NCBI GenBank assembly: GCA_964036045.1
Contig: OZ038378.1
Coordinates: forward strand, 5,704,001-5,768,000
DNA length: 64,000 bases
Direction: 5' to 3'
Origin: Eutreptiella sp. 'Long Island Sound 2002'
Lineage: Eukaryota; Protista; Euglenida
In this document: positions 38,178 to 49,365 of the stretch, one piece after another
Numbering within the stretch: position 1 is the first letter of the stretch
How the letters are laid out: each line of letters begins with the position of its first letter
Program-made: the position numbers and the translations under genes
Notes under the pieces: model-generated
Seen by the model: only the letters and a program-made list of their open reading frames with translations
Told to the model about the DNA's origin: nothing
Database searches by the model: none

Positions 38178-39500
38178 CTACTGTGGGGTCATGACCAACC
38201 CTGATGGTGACGGGAGAGACTGCACAGGGGGCATACAGTAGAAAGAGAGTGGCACCGGCTGTGGCATGCTGCAAGAATACGGTTGCGATGGCTGTAAAAC
38301 GGCATAGCAGCTGTTGGAGCGAGCACGCCCACTATTATTGGAGCTGTGACCAAAGGAGCCAGGGTAGGAGACTCCCATAAGGGAGGTGGAACGTGACCGT
38401 CCTCCAAAGTCAATGGCGTCAGGGGTGGCCAGGGAGCCCCAGTAGCTCCCCATCCCCAGCAGCGCATCAGGCGGATCCTGCAGGTCCGTATGCTCCACTA
38501 AGTCCCAGCCGTCCGTCTCAGTGTCGCTGTCCACAGCATCTGCTGTAGCAGTCTCTTCCTCTAAAATATTGTGCAGCAGCAGCTCCTCGCTCACCTGCCG
38601 CAGCAACTTGGGCACCGGCGTTGCTGAGGCAGCAAGCCATGGGTGGTGCGCAGCCTGTTTGGCCGTCAAGCGTTGGTCCGCTGGGACCAGCAGGCGGGCC
38701 ACCAAGTCTTTGGCAGCAAGGGGCACCCAATCCCACGCGCCTCCCACCATAGGTGCGTACTGGCCCCCCTTCACAGCAGTAAAGATGGCGTTGGTTGTTG
38801 CTCCCACAAAAGGATACACCCCTGAGAGCATCACATAGGCAATCACCCCGACCGCCCACAAGTCACAGGACTGGCCGTACGGCGTCTGCGTTTCGTTGAC
38901 AGTAACCACCTCTGGAGCCATGTACAGCGGACTGCCACACATGGACGTCAGTTCTGGGACGGCCCCACAGGGCATGGCAAACCCAAAATCTGTTAACTTC
39001 AGTGCCCCCCAGTGCACCTTGCCTGCAAAGCTTGCAGGCGGCAGCAAAAGGTTGGCTGGCTTGATGTCGCGATGCACAATGTTGTGGTTATGCAGCTCCC
39101 CCACTGCACTCAGCAGACCTCGCATCACGGCACGCGCAGCAGCCTCAGGAAGGCGCTGTGTGCGAGTCAGATGCTCTGCAAGGTCTCCCCCTTCCACAAG
39201 CTCCTGAACTGTGTGGACAGTCCCCTGCCAGAAAACGACATCAACACACTTCACAATATTGGGATGGGTGAGTCCCCTCTGTAGCTGAATTTCGCGCTTC
39301 AGGCTCTCCACTTCACGGGGGCTCATCTGGTTTACTGGGTGCTGCTTTACAGCGTACTGCTGGCCGCTGGCTCGCTCCATGCACTTATGAACCGTAGCGA
39401 AGCAGCCCTGGCCAAGGGCCTCAAGAAGCGCATACTTCTCCTCCAGAGGGTAGCACCAGGCCGGCTCACAGAAGGATAGCAGCGTTTCTGGGAATGACAT
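38178..39500 (-). CDS. Intronless CaMK-family Ser/Thr protein kinase, ~440 aa
   Basis: GQGCFATV, YAVK, HPNIV, HRDIKPAN, DFGFA, CGSPLYMAPE, CDLWAVGV, RLTAKQAAHHPW. Start at MSFPE (39500), 22 nt after tgttccag; stop TAG 38180-38178. Confidence 0.93.
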   Translation of the reverse strand: MSFPETLLSFCEPAWCYPLEEKYALLEALGQGCFATVHKCMERASGQQYAVKQHPVNQMSPREVESLKREIQLQRGLTHPNIVKCVDVVFWQGTVHTVQELVEGGDLAEHLTRTQRLPEAAARAVMRGLLSAVGELHNHNIVHRDIKPANLLLPPASFAGKVHWGALKLTDFGFAMPCGAVPELTSMCGSPLYMAPEVVTVNETQTPYGQSCDLWAVGVIAYVMLSGVYPFVGATTNAIFTAVKGGQYAPMVGGAWDWVPLAAKDLVARLLVPADQRLTAKQAAHHPWLAASATPVPKLLRQVSEELLLHNILEEETATADAVDSDTETDGWDLVEHTDLQDPPDALLGMGSYWGSLATPDAIDFGGRSRSTSLMGVSYPGSFGHSSNNSGRARSNSCYAVLQPSQPYSCSMPQPVPLSFYCMPPVQSLPSPSGLVMTPQ

Positions 39501-39918
39501 TTTGTGACAAGAGGGGGAAAAGCTGGAACAGATAAGTGCCAAGGCAAAAAGGACTGCACACAAAAGTATCAAACAGACTTCCCGGCAAAAAACACTGACG
39601 ATGATTACCCAGTGGGGCGTGATTTGGAAGAGTCCACTCAATGGCAGTTGTTGCCAAGTTCCCAAGAAACTGCCAGAGAGTGGCTGTTAGATTCTGTGAC
39701 TCTTGCTCAATCGAAAGCTGATGGCTTTGCCTTTGAGGTTCATAAGTATGCTCAAGCAAGGGCCCGGGGAACACACCCAATGGCAATCAAGCAAATGTGC
39801 CAAGAGATGCCGAGAGCGCAGTTAGAGGAAGGGCTGCCCCCCCTCCACGAGCAGTTGACACCTCCGAACCCTCTGGGCTTCTGGGTCCTCAAACAATGCG
39901 GAAGGGCTGGGCATAGAC

Positions 39919-40320
39919 CTAGTGCGCCGGGTACCATGCAATTGAGGCATTTTGCACAAAAATTGAGGCACCAAGGACAAAATCGGGTAACTTTGTTCCG
40001 GTATGCCTTTTTTTGGGCCGTGGGACCTTCTTTTTCTGGGGTTCCCAAGCTTTGGGCTGAAAATTCGATGGTACACCCTGTCTCCCAAAAATGACTGCCG
40101 CCATCCTCATCACTTGAGTCATCACTACAGCTTGAGGAACTCTCCCTGAATCTGTGTCACGTTCCACTTCACACTGGTCAAAAATTTCATCTGGGAAATG
40201 ATTCCAAGAACTAAACGGCTGATAGCGCAAATTGCGCTCGTTGATGAACTGCTGAATATGTACCACCGCATGCACCATCACATGGAGGCGCTGAATGTGG
40301 TCATGCAGATGCAATCCACA
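39919..40320 (-). mobile_element. More diverged transposase C-terminal remnant
   Basis: LHDHIQRLHVMVHAVVHIQQFINERNLRYQPFSSWNHFP parallels the ..R.PPYGPWEHVP motif of 28666 and 13097. Confidence 0.4.
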
Positions 40321-41196
40321 CTTTAGTACTTAGGTTGGTGGAGCACGTCATTCAGCAACCCTCCTATGGACCCTACACGAAAAACGACGACGATTAAGGT
40401 AACTAGAAACAAGTATAGTAGGGAATGATTATAATCATTCAACAAGACCAATCCAGCTTATCTCATCCCATGTTATCCACAACAACACCCCAAGCTTTCC
40501 TAGAATTGCTGCCAACCATGCCATCGGATGCCATCGAGTGGCATTCCCACAACACAGTGTCCCAACTCGGAGTATGCTTCAAGATGTACAACATGTTGAA
40601 AAGCTGGCGGCGGTGCCTCTCAGGTACAAGGCACTACCGCCGGGCGCCAAAAGGTCAACATTCATTGCCATTAGTCCTTTGGAAAGCAAAGGAGATAAAA
40701 CCGACATTTTCAAATGTACAAAGTGCCCTGCTGCCCAATCTTGGACCCCAACATCCTTGATTTCAGTCAAACACAACAATTGGGCACCCATTTACAATGC
40801 CTAAGCCTCTATGACCTGGCAACATTCCGTGGTACCACCGCTCTACACCAATTGGGCCTCAGTCACACCACACGCCCGCGCCGCGTGTGAGGCACCTTCT
40901 CAGGGGCGGTGCTCAAGGGTCCTTAACGAAAAAAGACTGGTTCCTTAAGGACTGCCTTGCCCCTTCCAACACTAGCGTGCTCCACACAAAATCTTTCCCA
41001 AGACTGCTTACTAGTAGTGAGGTGGAAATGTAGCACACGCCGAGAGGCAACCGGAAAATGGGCTTTTTTGTCATCTATCTCGTGCACATCTTTTGTTAGC
41101 TATTGCCTTTGCAACTTACTGTTTCAAGTTCCAAAGGTGTTGGACTATTTGGACCTTGCCCTGAGGGAGGCGGCGGGAACATTTCATTTACATACG

Positions 41197-42870
41197 AAAA
41201 TTATATTGCCTTTGGAAGTGCACCTGGAAGAGAGGCTGACAGTCAGCCAGCCAGTCAGTTGGTCAGACAAGCAGTCGGTCAGGCAGTCAGTCGGGCAAGC
41301 AGGAAGGCAGACAGGCAGACAAGCAGACAGCAACACAGTTTGGGTTTCTTCAGTGACGGACTTGGCTAGAAGCAGTGGGGAGTCCCATGCATAGCAGATC
41401 AGTTAGTGGCCGAATGGAAATGCGGTCAACCGCCAACATTCAAGTCCGCTATTCGGTTTCCGGCCGTCTGACCGCCTACAGCGCAGATCAAACGTGTAAG
41501 TTTTGCTGTAAGTTTTTCTGTAAGTTTTGCTGTACCTGACCCTTGTTCAAATCCTTCTAAACACAAACTTTTGAGCACCCCCCAGCCCTCCACTCCCCCC
41601 CAAAATGTGATATCCAGTTTTAGCAGATAGAGGCCTCAAAATCCAAAAATACATTGAGATTGTTTCATTGGGCAAAATAATGATGTTTACCCCCCCCCCG
41701 TGCCCAGGAACCAGCAATGTTTGACCGCGGAACCAGGGGGCGGTTCTTACGCACGCTTTTCCCCAAAAATTCGACCACGGAACCAGGGGTTGGTTCTTGC
41801 GCATGACCGTGGGCAGCCCCGTACCACGGAAAAAAAAATTACAGCGTGTTGCACCAGGGCATGCGCGCCCTTTCCTTTCCCACAATTAACCACATTGACA
41901 AATGAACACCAAAGGAGTGAATCTCAGCTGACTGGGCTGTAGTGTGCCTTCCAATGTGCATGGAATGATCTAATGTTCAACTGGTTCGGACGTGTTTCAC
42001 TGATTTTTGTTTGTTTCCTTGTCAGGGGCTGGTTGCTTCGGGGAAGGGGTCGAGAGCAGGGGGGAGGGGTTTAAGGGTATGTGCGCCTGTGATTGACTGA
42101 TAGCGTCCCCCCATGATGGGGGGACCCGTAGCAACACACATGAAATGTTGTCCTGCACACCTGAATAGCTGTCCTGCATCCACCAGAACCATGAAAAACC
42201 CAATACCGTGGTAAAAAAAAGTGGTGCGAGAATTCGGCCGCGGATCCAGGGGGCGGTTCTTGCGCAAGGTGGTTCCTAGGCACGGGGGGCCATGAGGCAA
42301 CGGATACTGGGCTCGCATACGCCCCCGTGTCACAGGCGCATGGACATAACCACATAGTTCAATGTTTTTCCTCGCTGCACTGCAGCGCAGACCAGTTCTG
42401 TACCACTCCAGGTGGCTGCTGACTGTGCTTTGGCCTTGGCCATCTGTACATCGAGGTCAGCTCGCACCCACCACCCTCCCACAGTGCTGGTTAGTCTCTA
42501 ACCCTTGCCCTGCAGGTCTTGCTCTTGCTGCCCCTGTCTTGCTCTTGCTTCTGGCACGTGAAGACGTGTCATATCCGAACTCCGGGGGCACAAAGGCGCC
42601 TTTGGGGGCGCAAAGGCGTCTCAACGTTGCACCAAAAGTTTTTGTAGCTTGACGCTTCAACAGATGCATTGCTGTACTGTGGCGCTTACCTGTTCAGTAC
42701 CACACCATGTGTGCGCAGGCCGCCCACATATCACGGGGGGGGGGGGGGTACAAGGGGTTGGACATCCAATATCATGCCTTGGGGTATGCTACGCGAACGA
42801 CCCCCAAAAAGGGGGGGGGGTATACGCACGCACCTGGACTTGATCTAACAACCTCTCTTCAAGGTGATTC
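41197..42870 (+). mobile_element. Repeat family B copy 3, interrupted by a nested insertion at 41690-42748
   Basis: Head at 41197; A-box tggccgaatgg at ~41407. The sequence breaks at aaataatgatgtTTA|C-run and resumes G-run|TAcaaggggttggacatcc (42749). Confidence 0.8.
41690..42289. mobile_element. MITE family A, copy 2
   Basis: Left CnGTGCCCAGGAACCA; right TGGTTCCTAGGCACGGGGGG; colinear with 30980-31568. Confidence 0.85.
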
Positions 42871-43073
42871 TGAGCTGCAAAACTTTTCATCGGGAACGTG
42901 TGCTAGAGAGTATATGATAAAATGTAAGGAACCAACATTTGGCGTGTTTTTTTTTAACCCGCAACAATTGTTCTACCAAGTGTCCGCTGTGCATACACAG
43001 AGCAGTGCAAAAGTTCACTGATAGGCTAAGGGTCACACTCTTGGGTGGCCCTGACCCTAACTCCGGTGAGACT

Positions 43074-43668
43074 TTAACTCTGGCTAATGGTTGGAACGAG
43101 TCTTGCACCAAGCGTCGCCCCTGTCAACCCACGTCGTGAGTGTCTAGTCTGTGGCATATCAATCATGGTTACAATCCGGTCAAGACTATGGCATCTCCCC
43201 GGTCCTCCAAGGGGATCTCCATAGATCGCATATCCTCTGGTGGTTCCAGTATGGTCGTTATTGTAGAACGCGGTCATTTCGAGGGAGGTGTTGACTGGTC
43301 CACCGCGATAAGCCATGCGTCTTGGCTTCATCTCGGGTGGTAAGTCGGCCATGTTCTATTTGTTCTAGTTCCCCTACATGTCGTGTAACCAGGCAGAGGC
43401 GGGCGGCATGCTCCACTCTGTGTACCAAAATCCAACTCTGTAACCGTGCTCCCATCCATGCAGAATAGGCCAGATTTCGCTTTGCCTGTAGGGTCTCACG
43501 CGGTCGTTGGTAGAGGACCCAACGATGCGCATAATGGTGGAGCGTGTGGTACTGCACCGCCCATGCAGATTCTTGCAGGTCACGTACGGACTCTATGAAG
43601 AGTCGGCGTGTCATCTCCTTGGCCCGCGTATACCATAGGGCAAGGTGACGCTCCACGTGAGCCATCAT
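43074..43668 (-). other. Compact pair of overlapping ORFs of unknown identity (136 aa, 92 aa)
   Basis: CpG-rich, coding-like codon use; the second ATG (MADLPPEMKPRR) overlaps the first ORF in another frame; no recognisable domain. Confidence 0.3.
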
Positions 43669-46600
43669 GAGTGTTAGCTTGGCTTGTTTTTGGCATGTTT
43701 GTTAGCATTTGGCGTGTTTTTCTAGCTTCCAAAAAAAAGTAAATTTTTTCTCCCTCTTCCCTTTTTGCAGGGGTAAAGAAAGGAGAGGGCATACTCACCT
43801 TTTTAGGTCCCCAAGGGAGGGGAGATGGGGGAGTTTGGGTGTATTTTGCTCAGCCCATGTTGTAGTGGGGTTGGGGGTTGCGGCTCTTGAGGGGCCACCA
43901 GTCCTCAACTTTTTCTTTCCCCCCCTCCCCTACATGGATCTTCTGAAGAAGGGTGACCAGCAACACATGCATTTCAATTTAAACACACACCCGGCTTCCT
44001 TTAGCTCTCTCCAATGAGAGGGAGGTCTGTGGCGCGCAACAATACCCTTACGCTGAAAACGGAACATTCCAAAAACTGTTGTTTCAACATTGTAACTGCT
44101 CACAATATTGAAATTCTGTTGCCTTCCGCAAGGCACCTCGAAGAGGCATGGGGAGCCCCTATGCACAAACAGCAATGCTGGGCCTCCCGGGGCACCTCGG
44201 CAAAATGGGTCCAGAGGGGTCTAGAGAACTGAATTTTGTCACCAAATGACGGTATTGCCTACACACTGCTGAACGGTGCTTTTAGACCCTGGTGGACACC
44301 ACTCGGCCTGGTTGGTGCTACATGGCTCCCCATGGGCTTATATGCTCCCATTGTCACCAAATGATCATCCAAGGCTGGCCCAAGGGTCCCTGGTCAGGCT
44401 GCCAACAACACCACCACAGTATCAACCCCACAAAGGGGGGGGGGGTACCATCCGGGGCGTTTCAGAAGCACCTGCACAGGGGTGTTGCACCCCTGCCGTT
44501 GTGGATTGTGTTGGGCTACATGCATATTCGCAACACTCTGTATACTTCCTGTTGCAATCCAATGAACAAATGGGCCCCTTCGAGGGCACTACTACATGCA
44601 TTTTGAATGAAGCATGCATTGGTATCGATCTTGGGAGTTTGGGAAACTGGTACCTGTTGCACAATCCCAACAGACACTCTTTCTGAGCCTGAAGCTTTGA
44701 AATTGAAAAGACTTCCATGCATTCAGCACCTCGCAGTAGCCCACCAATACAGTCTTTCATGTTCGTGTAGTAGGCCCATGTAGAAACCAAGGCTACGCAT
44801 CATGACAACCTGTACCACTTGCTTGCCAATGTTCCTTGTGTTGCTTCAATGAGACAATCAGGATGAGGGGGTTGTGGTGTTGACGGCCAAAAAAAAGCAT
44901 CTGGCACTTAGATGATGAAGAAAGCGGGGCGACTTCCATTTTCCCACATCTTGTCACACCACAAGGCACATTGCAGGCGAGCACTAAATTCTAGTCCTAA
45001 GGTTTCAAATGTCTCCATGAATGATGGAGATTCCCTTGCCATTTTTTTCGTTTAATTTCCGTGGATGAATAACTTGTTTCCCACATGGTAAGCGCCATCA
45101 AATTATGTGTTTGCAGGACATTTGTGAATGGAAAATGAAACTATGTGTTTGCAGGACATTTGTCGATGGAATTGGAAATTTGAATGTGTATCCGTGTGCT
45201 CAAAGTCTAACCATACGGGGAAGATTCCATGGAACAGTTTGTTCACCAGGCAAAAAACAGCAATTTTGTTTAAAACAAACAGCCTGTCCACACACATCCT
45301 GCTATTGAGGGTCAGATATGTGAACTGAAGCAAGCACAAGTCTGAAATGACAGCGGCGTTGTTGCATTTTGAACTATGTTCGCGGGCATTTGCCTGTTCG
45401 TGTTTGCCAGGGGGTGGGTCAGGCTTTGCGGTGCCTTCCCACCCATTGCATTGCTTGTTGGCGATGCGGCGTTAAGGAATATCGTCGGATAAACAGTGCT
45501 GCATGACTCACTGGTGGTGGTCCACAACTGGCAGACGCAACACAATCCGTCATGGGACAATGTCAGCAATGTGGGACGCAGCAGAGGACGGCGCCTGAGA
45601 AATGATCCAAAAAGCGTAAGTCCCTCTGCAGTGGCTGTGGTACTTGATGCCTGAGCTTGCAATGGGGTGGGTGGTACCAATGGTACCAGCAAAAGCCTTG
45701 CTTTCCATGCCCAACAAAAGCGTCCCTTCCAGGCTCACATTGCATTTCAGAAGGTGTGCCAAGGTCCCTGTCATCTTCATGACACATCATAATAATCGCA
45801 ATCGCAAGGGTCTCATTTGAGCAGTCATCAATGGGGAATATCCCAGGGTTCTAACTTCAAGGAGCGGGGAGCCAAAACCGAAATCCATATGACCTGTCAT
45901 GAGATGGTGCACTACAAACAACGCATCAAAATGACAGTACTAGCATCAGCAGTGCTGGCATGCTGGCATTGGAACTGTGCCATAAGCAATGTGCCATAAG
46001 CAATGCAGACAACGGGTAGCAATCATAGCCAATGCTAATCATAGCCAATAACAATACTAGTCGATAGCTAGTACTGATACTAACTAAAAAAAGTATGAGC
46101 TTACGCTATTCCTGCTGACACTAGCGCTCAAACTGATACCAGCACTCCAACGGGCACTGTCAACAGCAATCTGTCAGACAAAGTAGAATAGACTCGTCAG
46201 TACAGCAACATCTCCCTCAATTCCTTATGCCCTGCTCCAAATGTAGTGCAGGGCCATAATCCTTTGTTAGCTAGCAGCCACTCCAGCTGGGCGCCAGCGG
46301 CAGCCTCATGATTGCAACTCTAATCCCTCAAAAGGCACGGTCTTTCCAGAGTGTCAAGAACTTGCATGGGGCGGGGTGGGGGGGGGGGGGGGCAGGGAGA
46401 CGGATTAGAAAAAAAAAGCGGCAGGAGAACCAAAGCGGCAGGGGTTGGACAGAGGCAATCCCCTGTGACAAAGTCTGTTCCTAAGGCTGTATGCTCCGTT
46501 CCCAAGGCTGCGTGCAAATTTCCTGGGGAGCCTGCCACAGAAATGTTCATCACCTTCCAGGAACAGGCTCGGGAGAGCAGGAGCCTGGGGGTGATAAGGG

Positions 46601-46988
46601 TCGGAGGACCCCCCCTAATGGTTTCCTGGCTGGCGACTGACTGAGAATATAAACAGGATTGCTCAGTGCAACTTGGTAATCCTGCAAATGCCGCGCACTG
46701 CTTGGTGTCGGACAACGGGCGGGCTGTGTGTTTGTGTGTGAAACATCAACTGCGGGAAGCAGTGCCGCTGTGCGCAGCATGTGACAGAAACATACAATCG
46801 CTGACAAAGTGAGGCCACACGATGTGGCGCAGGAGGGTCAGGGGGAAATCGGGAAGGGCAAAAAGCGAAGTATGCTGCAGTTGTGGTGGAGCCCTGCGGT
46901 AAGGCAGTGGCAGTGCCAAAGGAATACGGTGGTGATGCTTGACTGCCACCTGCCTCCAAGGCCCAGCACGCATCAGGGCAGGGTGCTT

Positions 46989-47561
46989 TTAGATCAGCAC
47001 CTTCTCTGGGATCTGGACATCAATACGTGTCACTTCACCAGTCCGTCCAAAGATCTTCTTGGCCCAGCTTGAGGGAATCACATCGCCCTTCAGCACTGTG
47101 GTGCCTGTTGTGGCCGCCACTGTAATACTGATCTCACTGCCAAGCGAGTACACAAATGGGACCTGGCAATACGTGAACCCCAGTTGCCCCACCTTCAGAG
47201 GGGTGGTCACAATGTCACCCTGCAATGTGGTGTGCTCAAACTTCTTGTCCTTCTCCAAGAACTCGGCGCGGCGGAGGAGGCGCGGCACAATGGCAATGGA
47301 CCCGCCCTGGATGCGGAGTCCCAGCTCAGAGTATCTTGTCAGAACCTCCTCTTTCACCTGCCCTGTCATACCTGGCTGCTGTGCGCCAGCATAGCTTGGG
47401 GTGTGTGAATACGGGTCACAGGGGAATGCGCCGTACACCTGAGGGGACTTGTTGAACCCAATACCGGCACGGACATCATAGTAGTACTTGCGGAGCGCTT
47501 CAACCTGCTCAGGGCAGTTGTCAACTGCATCATACGTCAGTTCTTGGGCAGCCAGCAGCAC
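46989..47561 (-). CDS. GH149-like beta-1,3-glucan phosphorylase, last exon
   Basis: tttccag|GTG; YYDVRAGIG..KSP..YGAFPCDPYSHTP...GAQQPGMTGQVKEE; stop TAA 46991-46989; 191 codons. Confidence 0.88.
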   Translation of the reverse strand: MLLAAQELTYDAVDNCPEQVEALRKYYYDVRAGIGFNKSPQVYGAFPCDPYSHTPSYAGAQQPGMTGQVKEEVLTRYSELGLRIQGGSIAIVPRLLRRAEFLEKDKKFEHTTLQGDIVTTPLKVGQLGFTYCQVPFVYSLGSEISITVAATTGTTVLKGDVIPSSWAKKIFGRTGEVTRIDVQIPEKVLI

Positions 47562-48819
47562 CTGGAAAGGAAAGGGACATGGAGGCCTGGGCAGGAATAA
47601 GCTCAAAGAGACGGCATGTCCATATTAGCATGTGCCCTCCTTGCTTGGAGGTGTCATCATTGCATGTGGATTGAGCCCACCACTTGGAAGGAAAAAAGCA
47701 CTGGGACCTGTGACATTGCTGCGCACCCACTGACGAAAGCACCTCAAGATTTCATGTGGTAAGGGGAGGTGTTTCATGAAAGCTGGTTTGCTACGTGTAG
47801 TGCAGCCAGAGTGAGGCTGAAAGAGTCTGCCAAATGGTACTTCCTGCAGTACGTACGTGTTCGCCTCTTGAGAAAGGGATCCTCCATTTGTGAATAGGTG
47901 GGTGGTTTGGTTGCAGGGTTGGGGTTGAGGTTGGGGTGAAGAGGGCAGTTTTGCGGAGCATACAAGCACAAACTCGTACAAACACGTCACAGCATTCCTG
48001 ATGGGTGGTTGGGTGGGACGTCATCCCACACACATAAAAACAAAAAACACAAAATAAGAGTGTGCGTACTCAAGAGCAAAAATTCAGAGTGTGTCAGACT
48101 GCAGTTTTGCGGAGCATACACAAGCACAAACTCATAAAAATATGTCACAGCATTCGTGGTGGGGTTTTAATGCAAACTGGCTGTGCATTACGAGGTGCGT
48201 GCTGAGCTAAATAAGACAATACATATATGCAGGATATCCAGGATCCAAGCGACACTCACACTTGGTCCCCACTCGATGGGCTGTGGCCGGGAAAAGTGGG
48301 ACACGCCTCACACCAAATTGCATGACATCTAAATAGGTACATAAGTTCATCCCATGCATACCCTCGGTCTAAAGCACAACCGATATTTCAAGCTAGGCAT
48401 CCACGACCCCTGCGGGTCTTGGAAAATCCAGGTTTAACGAAAAGCCCCCCCCCCCCCCCACAAATCCAGGGTGACAAAAGACACACACGTATGTGTCTTG
48501 AAAAAACCCCAGACACCCACTCACAACAAGAACACCAGGCCTGAGTGTTAAAACTACAAGGACGAACGAAGACCAGAAGCATAGAAATGACACTATACAA
48601 GTTGGTGTCCAATCATCGTGGTCAAATTTATCCGGATCCACCTGGTCATGCTTCAAGAATTTGCCAACAACAGGTTCATGCCTATTACAGCAGGCCGCTC
48701 AAAATGGTGTCCAGCTGGGCCAGAGCTGGTCGCCCAAGACTCACCATTTTTCAGCCAACCCATGCCAGCCTAAAAACGGCTAAGGCTTCACCCGCAGCGC
48801 CTGAGGGGGTCTGATCTCG

Positions 48820-49365
48820 AAAATTCTATTGCCTTCGGCAGTGCACCTCGAAGAGAGACAGTCAGCCAATTAGTCAGGCAAGCAGTCAGTCACGCAGTCA
48901 GTAGGGCAAGCAGGCCCGCAACACAGGCAGACATAAACACACAGTTTGGATTTTTTCAGTGGCGGACTCGACTACAAGCAGTGGGGAGCCCGCTTTGTAG
49001 CAGAATTGTCAATAGTCGAATGGTAATGCGTGCAACTGCCAACAATCAGGTCGGCGTTTCGATCCAGGTCGACCGACTACTGGCTGCGCTGGCTGGCTGC
49101 AAGCTTTGTTATACCTCACCCTCGTTCAAATCCTTCTGAGCACAAACTTTTGACCCCCACCCCATCCCGCTCCCCAAAATGTGATATCCAGTTTCAGCGG
49201 ATAGAGGCCTCAAAATCAAAAAATACATTGGGGGATAATGATTTTACAAGCGGTTGGACATCCAATATCATGCCTTGGGTTATGCTATGCGAACGACCCC
49301 CAAAAAGGGGGATATACAACACACATGCCTACATTTGACCTAACCACCTCTCTTCGAGGTGACTT
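48820..49365 (+). mobile_element. Repeat family B copy 4 (intronic)
   Basis: Head aaaattctattgccttcggcagtgcacctcgaag; tRNA-like tagtcgaatggtaatgcgtgcaactgccaacaatcaggtcggcgtttcgatcc (49015-49068); same tail. Confidence 0.75.

Noticed and set aside
39501-39665. Upstream extension of the kinase ORF (495 aa), and of the LIM ORF from 9443
   Set aside because: Non-ATG starts, low-complexity or non-conserved sequence, and acceptor-like AGs just before the downstream ATGs.
48600-48635. DDWTP, resembling the phage adenine-methylase D.W.TP motif
   Set aside because: No following LD.CA or NPP motifs; too short to support.
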